Shown: one piece after another, positions 28,639 to 36,772 of the stretch
Layout of the letters: each line of letters starts with the position of its first letter
How positions within the stretch are numbered: the first letter of the stretch is position 1
Virus record (IMG/VR): IMGVR_UViG_3300044846_005229
Coordinates: 124,001-188,000 of that record
DNA length: 64,000 nt
Reading direction: 5' to 3' (one strand)
Program-made: the position numbers and the translations under genes
Notes under the pieces: generated by a model
What the model was told of the DNA's origin: nothing
Database searches by the model: none
The model's input: only the letters and a program-made list of their open reading frames with translations

Positions 28639-29091
28639 TCAAGAATTACGGGCAATGACTTTTTTCAGGAAGTCCAAACCATCTTCATTGGTAACAAAGA
28701 AATGGGATCCAGCCTCATCACCTAGCAATAGTTGGCCAGCTGTAGAAGGCAATTTGGAGAATCCTACTTCCCCCGCCATCACTTGGGCGGTTCCCGCGAT
28801 ACAATGGACCGTACCACATTCGTTGAAGGCTTCTTTACCCGTAGTTTCTTTGCCAAGGTCGATACGAAACATTAAGGGACCCCATGCCTGATGCCAATTA
28901 GCCATATCAAAGTTTTTCAAATCACGCTCTACAATCCAACGCGCCACATGGTGAAGGTTAGCCCTTTGTTGCTCGGGGGTGAGTTTGATGCTGAGGTTTT
29001 CAGGAATATGGGGCAACGGGGGAAGGCCGGGAGTAGTATCCAGCTTCTGGAGATTTAGGCGAGTAGCTTCAGTTAGGGAAAGGGTTTTCAT
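28639..29091 (-). CDS. cassette gene, CGT..CIAG-motif phage protein
   Basis: Start MKTLSL; CGTVHCIAGTAQ. Confidence 0.7.
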   Translation of the reverse strand: MKTLSLTEATRLNLQKLDTTPGLPPLPHIPENLSIKLTPEQQRANLHHVARWIVERDLKNFDMANWHQAWGPLMFRIDLGKETTGKEAFNECGTVHCIAGTAQVMAGEVGFSKLPSTAGQLLLGDEAGSHFFVTNEDGLDFLKKVIARNS

Positions 29092-29252
29092 GGTTTTGGA
29101 AGGGGGGGTTAGTTGCCTGGTTGGTTGGTTGGTTGACTCTGTAATCATAGCACAGGGCCAGGGGAAGGTCAACCCTTAGGGACCTAGGGCCACAACCCCG
29201 GAGTCAATACCCTGGAGTCATAGCCCCCAATCCCCAATCCCCAATCCCAAAG

Positions 29253-29726
29253 TCATGCCGCAGCAAACTGCTTATTCCGGGAATAGAAACGCTCACAGCC
29301 ATACTTGACCGCAATTTCATCCAAACTACCCGGATTGGAGCGGCTCCGGCCCAGCCCTGCAGGCTTCCAGAACCAGCATTTCCGGCCACTATGCCAGCGG
29401 CACCCCAGAGCCTTAAGGTCTTCCTTAACGGGCTTGGTATCACCCGTGACCCATACCCATAGGCCAATCAGGCTGATATCAAGGTTGGGAATCTTAAGCA
29501 ATTCCGCAATCTGATCCATGATGGCCTGCTCGGTTTTTTCCGTATAGCGGTAGGTCCGGCCATCGTCCTCTTGACCGTTGCAGGCTGCCAGGGCCTCGTG
29601 GTAGGCGGCATTAAGGGCCTTCATGGTTTCCAGATCGCCACCAAGATCAGGGTGGTGCTTGCGAGCCAGATCACGGTAAGCGCTTTTGACTTGCTCAACA
29701 GTGGTGAGGCCAGTGAAGAATGTCAT
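29253..29726 (-). CDS. J-domain (DnaJ-like) protein
   Basis: VKSAYRDLARKHHPDLGGDLETMKALNAAY with intact HPD. Confidence 0.9.
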   Translation of the reverse strand: MTFFTGLTTVEQVKSAYRDLARKHHPDLGGDLETMKALNAAYHEALAACNGQEDDGRTYRYTEKTEQAIMDQIAELLKIPNLDISLIGLWVWVTGDTKPVKEDLKALGCRWHSGRKCWFWKPAGLGRSRSNPGSLDEIAVKYGCERFYSRNKQFAAA

Positions 29727-29966
29727 TGCCGGTTCCAGGTGGTGGGTGACTTTGGTAGTGTAGCATGGTTGCCGGTGGGTCGTCAACCCCCCCCCTTTTT
29801 TAGGGGAAGGTTAAAACCGCTACCTGCTGACCCATGAATTATAGCATGTCCGAGGGCCAACTGTGGATGGCCGGAAGTTAGTGCCCATAGGCTGACAGCG
29901 GGTTCGGGGGGCCAACTGTGGATGGCCGGGAGTTAATGCTCATGGGCCGACACATTGCCGAAGGGG

Positions 29967-30064
29967 TTGACAAGACTAGGGTAGTCGCCCTATAATAAGC
30001 AAACAATCAGAGAAGGGGCGGGGTAGCCCTGAAGACGAAAAATGTCGCCACGGCCCCTACTTGC
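29967..30064 (+). ncRNA. plus-strand sigma70 promoter and putative structured RNA, copy 2
   Basis: TTGACA(29967)-N18-TATAAT(29991) then AGGGGCGGGTAGCCCTGAAGACGAAAAATGTCGCCACGGCCCCT. Confidence 0.55.
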
Positions 30065-30426
30065 AATTAAAGAGTTTATGCCATTGAGTTTATGCCATGG
30101 TGCATTTTGCGAGTAATGTAGAAGTCTAGGGTGTGTTTTCGGAGTTAATGTAGAATGCCAAGGGTGCTTTTTCTGGGTAATGTGGAAACCCCCAAATTGA
30201 AAATCGAAAATTCATTCCCTGAGATCCGTTGCAGGGCAACGGAGTTACTCCTAAAATTTTTGAATTTTTTAGGACCTAATGAAAAAACGATCCAAAAGTT
30301 CCACATTTGAATGCAAATTCTGCACCCTACTATCATATATTCGCGAAAAGTATATTTAATAGAAGACTCTTATGTATAGTTCCATAACCAATAAGAAATC
30401 CTTATCACTGCACCCTCCATTCAAAG

Positions 30427-30648
30427 TCAATCCACAGCCAACTCAAAGTCAACCTCAAAGGGGCCATCCCAATCCTGAGCCCATTGGGGGGCGCCCATGA
30501 AGCGAAGATCGTCCGACTGATGAGAGAATGGTTCAGGAACCGTGTCAACTACACAGACCCAAGTTGGAAGATTCTCCCGACGCACGGGGTGGGCAGTGTC
30601 CCCGATCCATTCTTGAGCCAGGAAGGTGCAGCGTAGGGTGTGTGCCAT
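30427..30648 (-). CDS. cassette gene, hypothetical
   Basis: Promoter upstream; 73 aa. Confidence 0.65.
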   Translation of the reverse strand: MAHTLRCTFLAQEWIGDTAHPVRRENLPTWVCVVDTVPEPFSHQSDDLRFMGAPQWAQDWDGPFEVDFELAVD

Positions 30649-30800
30649 TGTGAGGTCGGTGGGTTTCGGTTGGTATGGGCCTAGTTTAGCATGGTTGCCG
30701 TGGGAGCGTCAACCCCCTAGCTTCAAGGATTGGCAAGCATGGGGCCGGGAGTGCGTCAACCTATCGGCAACAACTCCACGGCCCCCAGCCCTGACAGCAA

Positions 30801-31184
30801 TCAGCGCCGGTACAAATATCCCCCAGCCCAATCAGCCCGCTGATAGCAACTCTCAGGGTCCTCCAACAAATTGTAACGAATTCCTTTGGCAGGAGACTTC
30901 CAATTGGCTGCCTTGTAAACGTCCCCGGTTACCCGATCGATGAAAGCATGAATAGAACGATTGCCGGACGTTGACATTATGATTTTCAGATACTTGCGCC
31001 CTTCCTCCACTGAGAATATCGGGGCATAACCCTTGCCAACCCCATCAGGATTAAACCGCGCCGAGCTATCAGCCAGAACCGCGCATAGCTTGAGGGTGGC
31101 GGTGAGAACCGGGCTAGGTGCCTTAGGGGTGGTAACCTCAGGGGCGGTAGCTTCGGGATTCGTGGCCAGTTCGGTAGCAATCAT
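30801..31184 (-). CDS. conserved cyanomyovirus protein
   Basis: KYLKI...SIHAFID..TGDVYKAANWKSPAKGIRYNL...ADWAGGYLY. Confidence 0.8.
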   Translation of the reverse strand: MIATELATNPEATAPEVTTPKAPSPVLTATLKLCAVLADSSARFNPDGVGKGYAPIFSVEEGRKYLKIIMSTSGNRSIHAFIDRVTGDVYKAANWKSPAKGIRYNLLEDPESCYQRADWAGGYLYRR

Positions 31185-31792
31185 GGCGGGTCGGGAACGG
31201 CGGTGTTTGGTTCCTTGCCATTTTACACCATTGGAACCCGGATCGTCAAGGGGCCACCAGGGGAATTGCCGAGGTATTGTCAAGGCATCGTCAAGGGGCC
31301 ATCAGGGTCCGCTAAGGAAGCCATGCGACCAAAAAACACACAAAGTCAAGGGACCCCACCGAGCCGAGGCTCAGAAACCCAGTCACTGTCAGGGATTTTC
31401 CCTTACTGTGGTTGTCTTCATTTGAGAATGCCCTAGGTGGGTGTTCCTAATTGTTGTTACCAAAGTTTCAAACCTGAAAAATTGAAAAATTTGAATTTAT
31501 TATATTTTTCTATTATACCAACACACTATAATGTCATAATGCCATAACAGTATAACACTATCGTTATATGAGCATAAAGTCATTTTGATCTTGGGGGGCA
31601 CCTTGACACTACATATCATGGCACCGTCTCACAGTAACTTCATTGCGCTAACACTATGCCATCATAACACTATCGTTATACGATTATAGAGTCATTAACC
31701 CTGGGGACTAAAGCGTGTCTGGGGGGCATAGGAGTAATGTGGCGCGGTAAGTTGCCAGTGGGCGATGATTATGGTATAGGCAGACCCGGCAA

Positions 31793-32101
31793 TCAGGCGG
31801 ATACCTCTTGTTTGGTTAGCCAGGCTTCTACGGCAGCCAGCGCCGACGGGGGGACCATGCGATGGCCGACGGGCTGCCATGAGTGACTGGCCCATCCGCC
31901 GGCAGGCTGCTCATGCCATTCAGTCAACCTGCGGAACATATAGAAAACCGCTGTTTCATTAAGCGACAGTAAATCAGGAAAATACTGATACTCTACCCGA
32001 AAAAGGAGATACCAAGAAAAAGCGTTTCTGGGCCAGGCTTGGACGGTCAAGCCGCTGGCGGGGTCAGTGTAGACGGTTGTAACGGCAAGGGTGTTGGTCA
32101 T
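31793..32101 (-). CDS. hypothetical protein
   Basis: 102-aa ORF. Confidence 0.6.
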   Translation of the reverse strand: MTNTLAVTTVYTDPASGLTVQAWPRNAFSWYLLFRVEYQYFPDLLSLNETAVFYMFRRLTEWHEQPAGGWASHSWQPVGHRMVPPSALAAVEAWLTKQEVSA

Positions 32102-32134
32102 TGGTGGTTGGCTGCAGGGAAAGAAAGGCCAAAG

Positions 32135-32311
32135 TTAAGAATTGAAGTAGTCATATTCGTAATCACCTAAATCTAAATCCTCCAAGAATTGTTTAAAAAA
32201 CTCTTCTTCGGTTAGTGGCATCACACTTTCTGGCAGCGTGGCATACGGGTTAGTTGGCCAGCTATTAAGGAGCCGATCTCTAAGCGCATGGTTGACTTTG
32301 CGTTTGCCCAT
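32135..32311 (-). CDS. hypothetical protein
   Basis: Start MGKRK after promoter near 32346. Confidence 0.55.
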   Translation of the reverse strand: MGKRKVNHALRDRLLNSWPTNPYATLPESVMPLTEEEFFKQFLEDLDLGDYEYDYFNS

Positions 32312-32402
32312 GGGGATTGCGGTTTGTGGAATCTGACTCCCATAGTCTAGCACACATGGGCCAAACTGACCCGTACTCAGTCCGATGCCAATTCATGCCA
32401 AT

Positions 32403-32603
32403 TCATGCCAATTCACAAACCGACACACAGTAACCCACACTCTCCACCCTCTCACAAACCATCCTAGCGCATTGCCTCTCAGCCTTCTCCTTAGATGTCG
32501 AAACATACATAACGGAAGCCCACGCATCGGGGTAACTCCCGTAAGCAACTACACTGTAGGTTAAGGTAGGGGCTTCATAGGCAAGAATTGAATCAGGATT
32601 CAT
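32403..32603 (-). CDS. hypothetical protein
   Basis: Promoter at 32633. Confidence 0.6.
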   Translation of the reverse strand: MNPDSILAYEAPTLTYSVVAYGSYPDAWASVMYVSTSKEKAERQCARMVCERVESVGYCVSVCELA

Positions 32604-32699
32604 TGGTTGTGCCGTGGTTGCTGACTTTCATAGTATAGCACACGGGAGACCGAACCGAACCGAACCCCCCCTATGCCAGTTGCTTAATTGTCCTTAAAT

Positions 32700-33555
32700 C
32701 TAAGATAAATCAATACCGTGGGTATCATACCACCATTCTTTTGTTTTATCTGGATGTTTATCTTTAATCTTCAAGTATCGTGAAGTTATTTTACTTTGTC
32801 GGTTAACTTCGTCAGCAAAAAATTGATGCTCAATAGTTTCCCCACTTTTGTATAGTTAGCGCAATAATTTACGCAAAACATACTCCTGTTTTTGGTTTCC
32901 AGGTTTATACCCAGACTCTATTATTTTGTAGATGGTTTCCTTTAGAGTTTCCGTTGAACTTTTTACTGGATTCCCTAAAATACTTTCAATTCTCTCTAAA
33001 CCAAACCCAACATCAATAAACTGTCCAGATGTATTAACAATGTTACCAATTTCTATTCCATTCTTATAAAATTCAGTGCAGTAACCACCGAGTTCACCAT
33101 CACTCCAAACGCATTCTGAATCGTATCTAATTTCCAGATCAGGATAATCCAAATAAAAATATTTCCAAGAGTTGTACTTATCCGGGTGCATAGTTACATA
33201 ATCTATGGAAACTTTTAGTATGTCATTAAAAAAATTTCATCCAAAAATGAATGGTTTGTTGCATCGTCAATTCACCAAAGGAAAAAAGACCCAACATATT
33301 AAAATACAATAAATGAGACCCATCACCAATTTCATCTAAATCCTGTAGGCGGATGCAAGATTGGCTATTAGCGATAGATGTATTATCTGGATTTTTAAAC
33401 TTGTCCTTAAACTGTTGCATTCCAGCAGGACAAAATAGGGTAGTGTCGTCATAAGGCTTCACGCTATCATCCACCTTAAATGAAATGTTATTACTCTCGC
33501 AATAACTCCGGTATAGATCTATTACTTTAGTCATTTTTAACGTAGGATGAGCCAT
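32700..33555 (-). pseudogene. alaS: alanyl-tRNA-synthetase-like gene broken by a frameshift and an in-frame stop
   Basis: TLFCPAGMQQFK, Q.CIR..DLDEIGD..H..F.MLG.FSFG, IDVGFGLERI, YVLRKLLR, WYDTHGIDL; extra base in A7 at 33228-33234; TAA at 32856. Confidence 0.8.
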
Positions 33556-33944
33556 TGCATTGCAAAGTGAATGGTTATGAGTAAATAGTGGTCAGCTAAA
33601 TTGTATAGGGTATCTTTAATCTTCAAAGTTATCCCCAAATTCTCTTCGCAGAACCCTATACTTTTGAAGCCGCCTTTTTCTTTCTTGGGCTGCACGTATC
33701 TCCTCCCTTTAATTCTCGCTTGATACTCAGCATCAGTTTCTTCACGTTGGAAATACGGTGTTAATCCGATGATGCACCCATCGTAGTTTTCACACTCTTC
33801 AAAATACACATACCCCTTGGTTTTCAATTCTTGAAACCTCTTAATTGCATCATCAATTGAGCCTGCTAAATGAGCAAAATAAATGCTGCTCCCACTGACT
33901 CTAACCATTTTCTTTTCAGTGTCGTTGATGTTGAACTTTTCCAT
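33537..33944 (-). CDS. hypothetical protein
   Basis: Start MEKF; TTGACG-type promoter upstream. Confidence 0.55.
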   Translation of the reverse strand: MEKFNINDTEKKMVRVSGSSIYFAHLAGSIDDAIKRFQELKTKGYVYFEECENYDGCIIGLTPYFQREETDAEYQARIKGRRYVQPKKEKGGFKSIGFCEENLGITLKIKDTLYNLADHYLLITIHFAMQWLILR

Positions 33945-34292
33945 TGGGGTTACGGTTTGTTCCGGTGATGGACTCATTGTAGCATAGGGCCAACGGCAGC
34001 GTCAACCCCCTGGCTCCAAACCCGTAGTAAAACACCGGGGCGGAAACATTTGAACGTAACGGCGAACATCAGCCAAATAAATTGACCTAGACATAACGGT
34101 TATGCCGTTCCCCCCATTTAGTCGAAATTGATAGACCAATCTGATGATGGTGCCGATGCAGGTATTATACGAGGCAGGTTAGGTGCCATTTGGGTCCGTG
34201 TGCCAGTTCTCAGGGTGTCACAAGCAATTTCAAGGGTCCCCACCGTTAATTATGCCGATGTCGGTTACTTGTACCAATTGTAACCATGACAA

Positions 34293-34493
34293 TTAAACCC
34301 AAGACTCTGAGACTATAATATCAACCACCTTCAAATCATAATCATACCTAACCTGACAAACATCATAAGATACCCCACCAATAAGAATCATTTCGCCCTT
34401 TCGCGGAATAATGCTAGAGACATAATTTATGCCCAAGATGGGGCCACCATGGGTCTTAAACCCTAATTGAAATTGGTTAACGATAGAGTTCAT
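34293..34493 (-). CDS. hypothetical protein
   Basis: ATGA overlap with 34490-35254. Confidence 0.65.
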   Translation of the reverse strand: MNSIVNQFQLGFKTHGGPILGINYVSSIIPRKGEMILIGGVSYDVCQVRYDYDLKVVDIIVSESWV

Positions 34494-35254
34494 TGGTTGC
34501 GATGAGAGTTAATTCTAGTAGTCAGACCAACGACCAGCTGATACATCATGTCACGATGCTTTGTTGTCCATTGTTCATCAGAATAAGACGTTCCGACCTT
34601 ATACACTCTCCCAGCACCAAGTTCCTTATTAAGATAATTAAACCATGCGGTGCAAAAATTCAATGCGACCCCTCGCACACATTCCGGTGATTTACTGCTA
34701 AGTAAGTAAACCTTAGAATACTCCTCAGAGAGTGGATAAGGTCTTACATATTTGTACTCGTCGCCACCACCATGCTCGGTTCTCATTGGGTTATCCTCTT
34801 CGTTCACCAGCTGCTGATACAGACTGTCAACCGAAAGGTCATCCGGTGTAATCTCAGGAAAGACATACTTTGCAAGTTCCCCCTCAATGAATGCCTCTTT
34901 GTTCCAGTTATCCTCCCTTTCTCTGCCTACTTTTTTGTATATTTTTTCCAGCTCAAGTTCCCATTCTTCTTTCTCTTCTGCTCTTTTTTTAACCTTCTCT
35001 CTCCATCGCGGCATCATCTCTTTCGTCATTTCTTCCTTATTGAAATCGGGAAACAAATGAATTGGGTACCTATCTCCAATGCCAATAGGCGACTGAGTTT
35101 CTTCATCCATCTCATAACCATTGCCGATAGTAAAGAAAATGTGATCAAGAACACTTGCAGCACTAGGGAAGATGCTGTGATATTCACCCATTTGATACGA
35201 AACAAAATTACAAATTGATTGAATTGCCATGTCAGTTTTCCAATTGCCTCTCAC
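34490..35254 (-). CDS. hypothetical protein
   Basis: 254-aa AT-rich ORF, ATGA-coupled operon. Confidence 0.75.
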   Translation of the reverse strand: MRGNWKTDMAIQSICNFVSYQMGEYHSIFPSAASVLDHIFFTIGNGYEMDEETQSPIGIGDRYPIHLFPDFNKEEMTKEMMPRWREKVKKRAEEKEEWELELEKIYKKVGREREDNWNKEAFIEGELAKYVFPEITPDDLSVDSLYQQLVNEEDNPMRTEHGGGDEYKYVRPYPLSEEYSKVYLLSSKSPECVRGVALNFCTAWFNYLNKELGAGRVYKVGTSYSDEQWTTKHRDMMYQLVVGLTTRINSHRNQ

Positions 35255-35610
35255 AAGTACAACCCGGGGTGAAAATGATCATTGCTATAGGACCTTACTT
35301 TCTGATTATCTGACATAAGAAAATAAGTCAAATTATCAATGAGATTTTTAGTAACTCTGGTAATCATCATCTGCCGATTAAGTTTGTAGTTCAAGTCCTT
35401 AAGAAGATCCCTAACAGCAACTGCAGAAAGAGTAACTTCAAAACCCCCTTGCTTACGGACTGATTCTTGCAAGTTGCTATAAACAAACTCACCTATATCA
35501 GTATAAACATAACCAACTTCTAATACAATTCTAAAGTCGGACAAAAATGCAGCCGCTTCTTGACGTTCAAGAAAAACCGTAAGAGACGATTCCCGTTTTT
35601 TGAAGTTCAT
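35251..35610 (-). CDS. hypothetical protein
   Basis: First gene of coupled operon; promoter at 35682. Confidence 0.7.
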   Translation of the reverse strand: MNFKKRESSLTVFLERQEAAAFLSDFRIVLEVGYVYTDIGEFVYSNLQESVRKQGGFEVTLSAVAVRDLLKDLNYKLNRQMMITRVTKNLIDNLTYFLMSDNQKVRSYSNDHFHPGLYL

Positions 35611-35810
35611 TGGTGGTAGGTGGTGGGGGGTGGTTGGTTGGTTGGTCCCGATTGGTTCCGGCTGGTTCCGGTGATAATCCCATTATAGCACAATGCCAAG
35701 GCAATAGCAACCATCCCACTCAAACGGGGGTAGCAGGCTCAACCCCGCCGGCAGACACAAGCTCCCGCCAGCGTAAATCTGATGCCTCACCCACAAGATA
35801 ATCCACACAA

Positions 35811-36026
35811 TCATGCCAATCCCCTTCCATAACTCCATAACTCCATAACTCCATAACTCAACAATCTCTGCAATGCCACAGCTAAAACCTCAGAAGTCGG
35901 CAACGGGCGGCCACTTTCCTTCCGAGACCTTGCCAATAAGGACACATCCCGGCAGGCTTCATTGCAAGCGGCTTCAATTTTGCGCGATTGGTTGCTGCTG
36001 GTGCGGATGGTGGCAGTAGTGTCCAT
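35811..36026 (-). CDS. hypothetical protein
   Basis: 71-aa ORF. Confidence 0.5.
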   Translation of the reverse strand: MDTTATIRTSSNQSRKIEAACNEACRDVSLLARSRKESGRPLPTSEVLAVALQRLLSYGVMELWSYGRGLA

Positions 36027-36116
36027 GGTTGTTTGTAAGTGAGTGGGGTCAGAAGGTGGCCGATGCAGGTATTATACATGACAGGTTGGCAGCCGCACGG
36101 GGCCGATGCCAGCTAG

Positions 36117-36701
36117 TCAACTGGCCAAATCAGCAAACAGCGGCACGAAAACCGGATCATCAATACCTTCAATCAGTTCATAAGTGGCACACCCGACGGC
36201 ACACCCGGCGGCATCGGCGGCGGCATCGACGGCGGTCGCTCCGGCGGCGGCGGCGGTGGCTATGGCGGCGGCGGCGGCGGCGGCACCTAAGGCACGGCAG
36301 CGGCTAGCAACTTCTTTCCATTGGCCTCCGGTAAGACCGTCCACAAACCACCAAAACTTCATAACCGCTTGGTAGTTCTTGCCGAGGTATTTCTCAGGAC
36401 TTGTCAAAACATCAGACGGGGCCCCCGGTTGACCGTCATTAATTAGACGCAGAAGAACCGAATGTGCCGCTGAAATATCCAAAAGTCTAGCAACTTCGCG
36501 ATCTGCTTTATACTGTGTAATACTACGAAGATCCTCTTCGCTATAACCGCCAATCTTGTATAATGCCTGCCCTTGGGCGCACATACAGGTTGTTGGCTCT
36601 TTACCGTCGCCAGGCGGCTCTTCGGAGATTAGTCTACGCTTAAAGGGGATATTCCGGGGATCTTCCCAAAAGGCCAGAAGTGTTTCGGCTGCGGTGTTCA
36701 T
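36117..36701 (-). CDS. phage hypothetical, paralog of the N-terminus of 61339-62715
   Basis: CMCAQGQAL, HSVLLRLIND, PEKYLGKNY..V.KFW.F.DGLT. Confidence 0.75.
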   Translation of the reverse strand: MNTAAETLLAFWEDPRNIPFKRRLISEEPPGDGKEPTTCMCAQGQALYKIGGYSEEDLRSITQYKADREVARLLDISAAHSVLLRLINDGQPGAPSDVLTSPEKYLGKNYQAVMKFWWFVDGLTGGQWKEVASRCRALGAAAAAAAIATAAAAGATAVDAAADAAGCAVGCATYELIEGIDDPVFVPLFADLAS

Positions 36702-36772
36702 TGCTGATCTGGTTGTTTACTTAGTAATGGTAACAGAGAGCGGGGTCGTTCGGTTGGCTGGGGCACCAGTTG

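Larger units (their letters stand above)
15740..30330 (+). repeat. eight copies of a ~200-bp AT-rich element with central TCCTAAAA..TTTTAGGA hairpin
   Basis: Approx. 15740-15925, 18415-18600, 18775-18960, 21878-22062, 22365-22580, 25378-25563, 25915-26100, 30110-30330; shared tgagatc..gcagggcaacggagttac and ttctacatttgaatgca..tgcaccct. Confidence 0.95.
5880..32650 (-). promoter_or_regulatory. array of about 55 sigma70-type early promoters, one per small gene
   Basis: Recurrent TG-N-TATAAT/TACAAT (plus-strand attatagca/attgtagca) 25-40 nt before each ATG; many with TTGACA or TTGCGC at 17 bp, e.g. TTGACA-CTGCCCCGGAACCATGC-TATAAT at 9118-9146. Confidence 0.9.

Noticed and set aside
15740-30330. 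DnaA boxes in AATGTGGAA repeats
   Set aside because: Best matches have 1-2 mismatches to TTWTNCACA and many copies read CTACA, so DnaA binding is unsupported.
15625-30336. Recurring ORFs MDGF/MDRFSLGPKIFNFFRSNSV...
   Set aside because: They are translations of the 200-bp element. Frames and lengths differ between copies and the flipped core changes the peptide.
5880-32650. Classical integron
   Set aside because: No integrase or attC-type sites were seen, and each cassette carries its own promoter.
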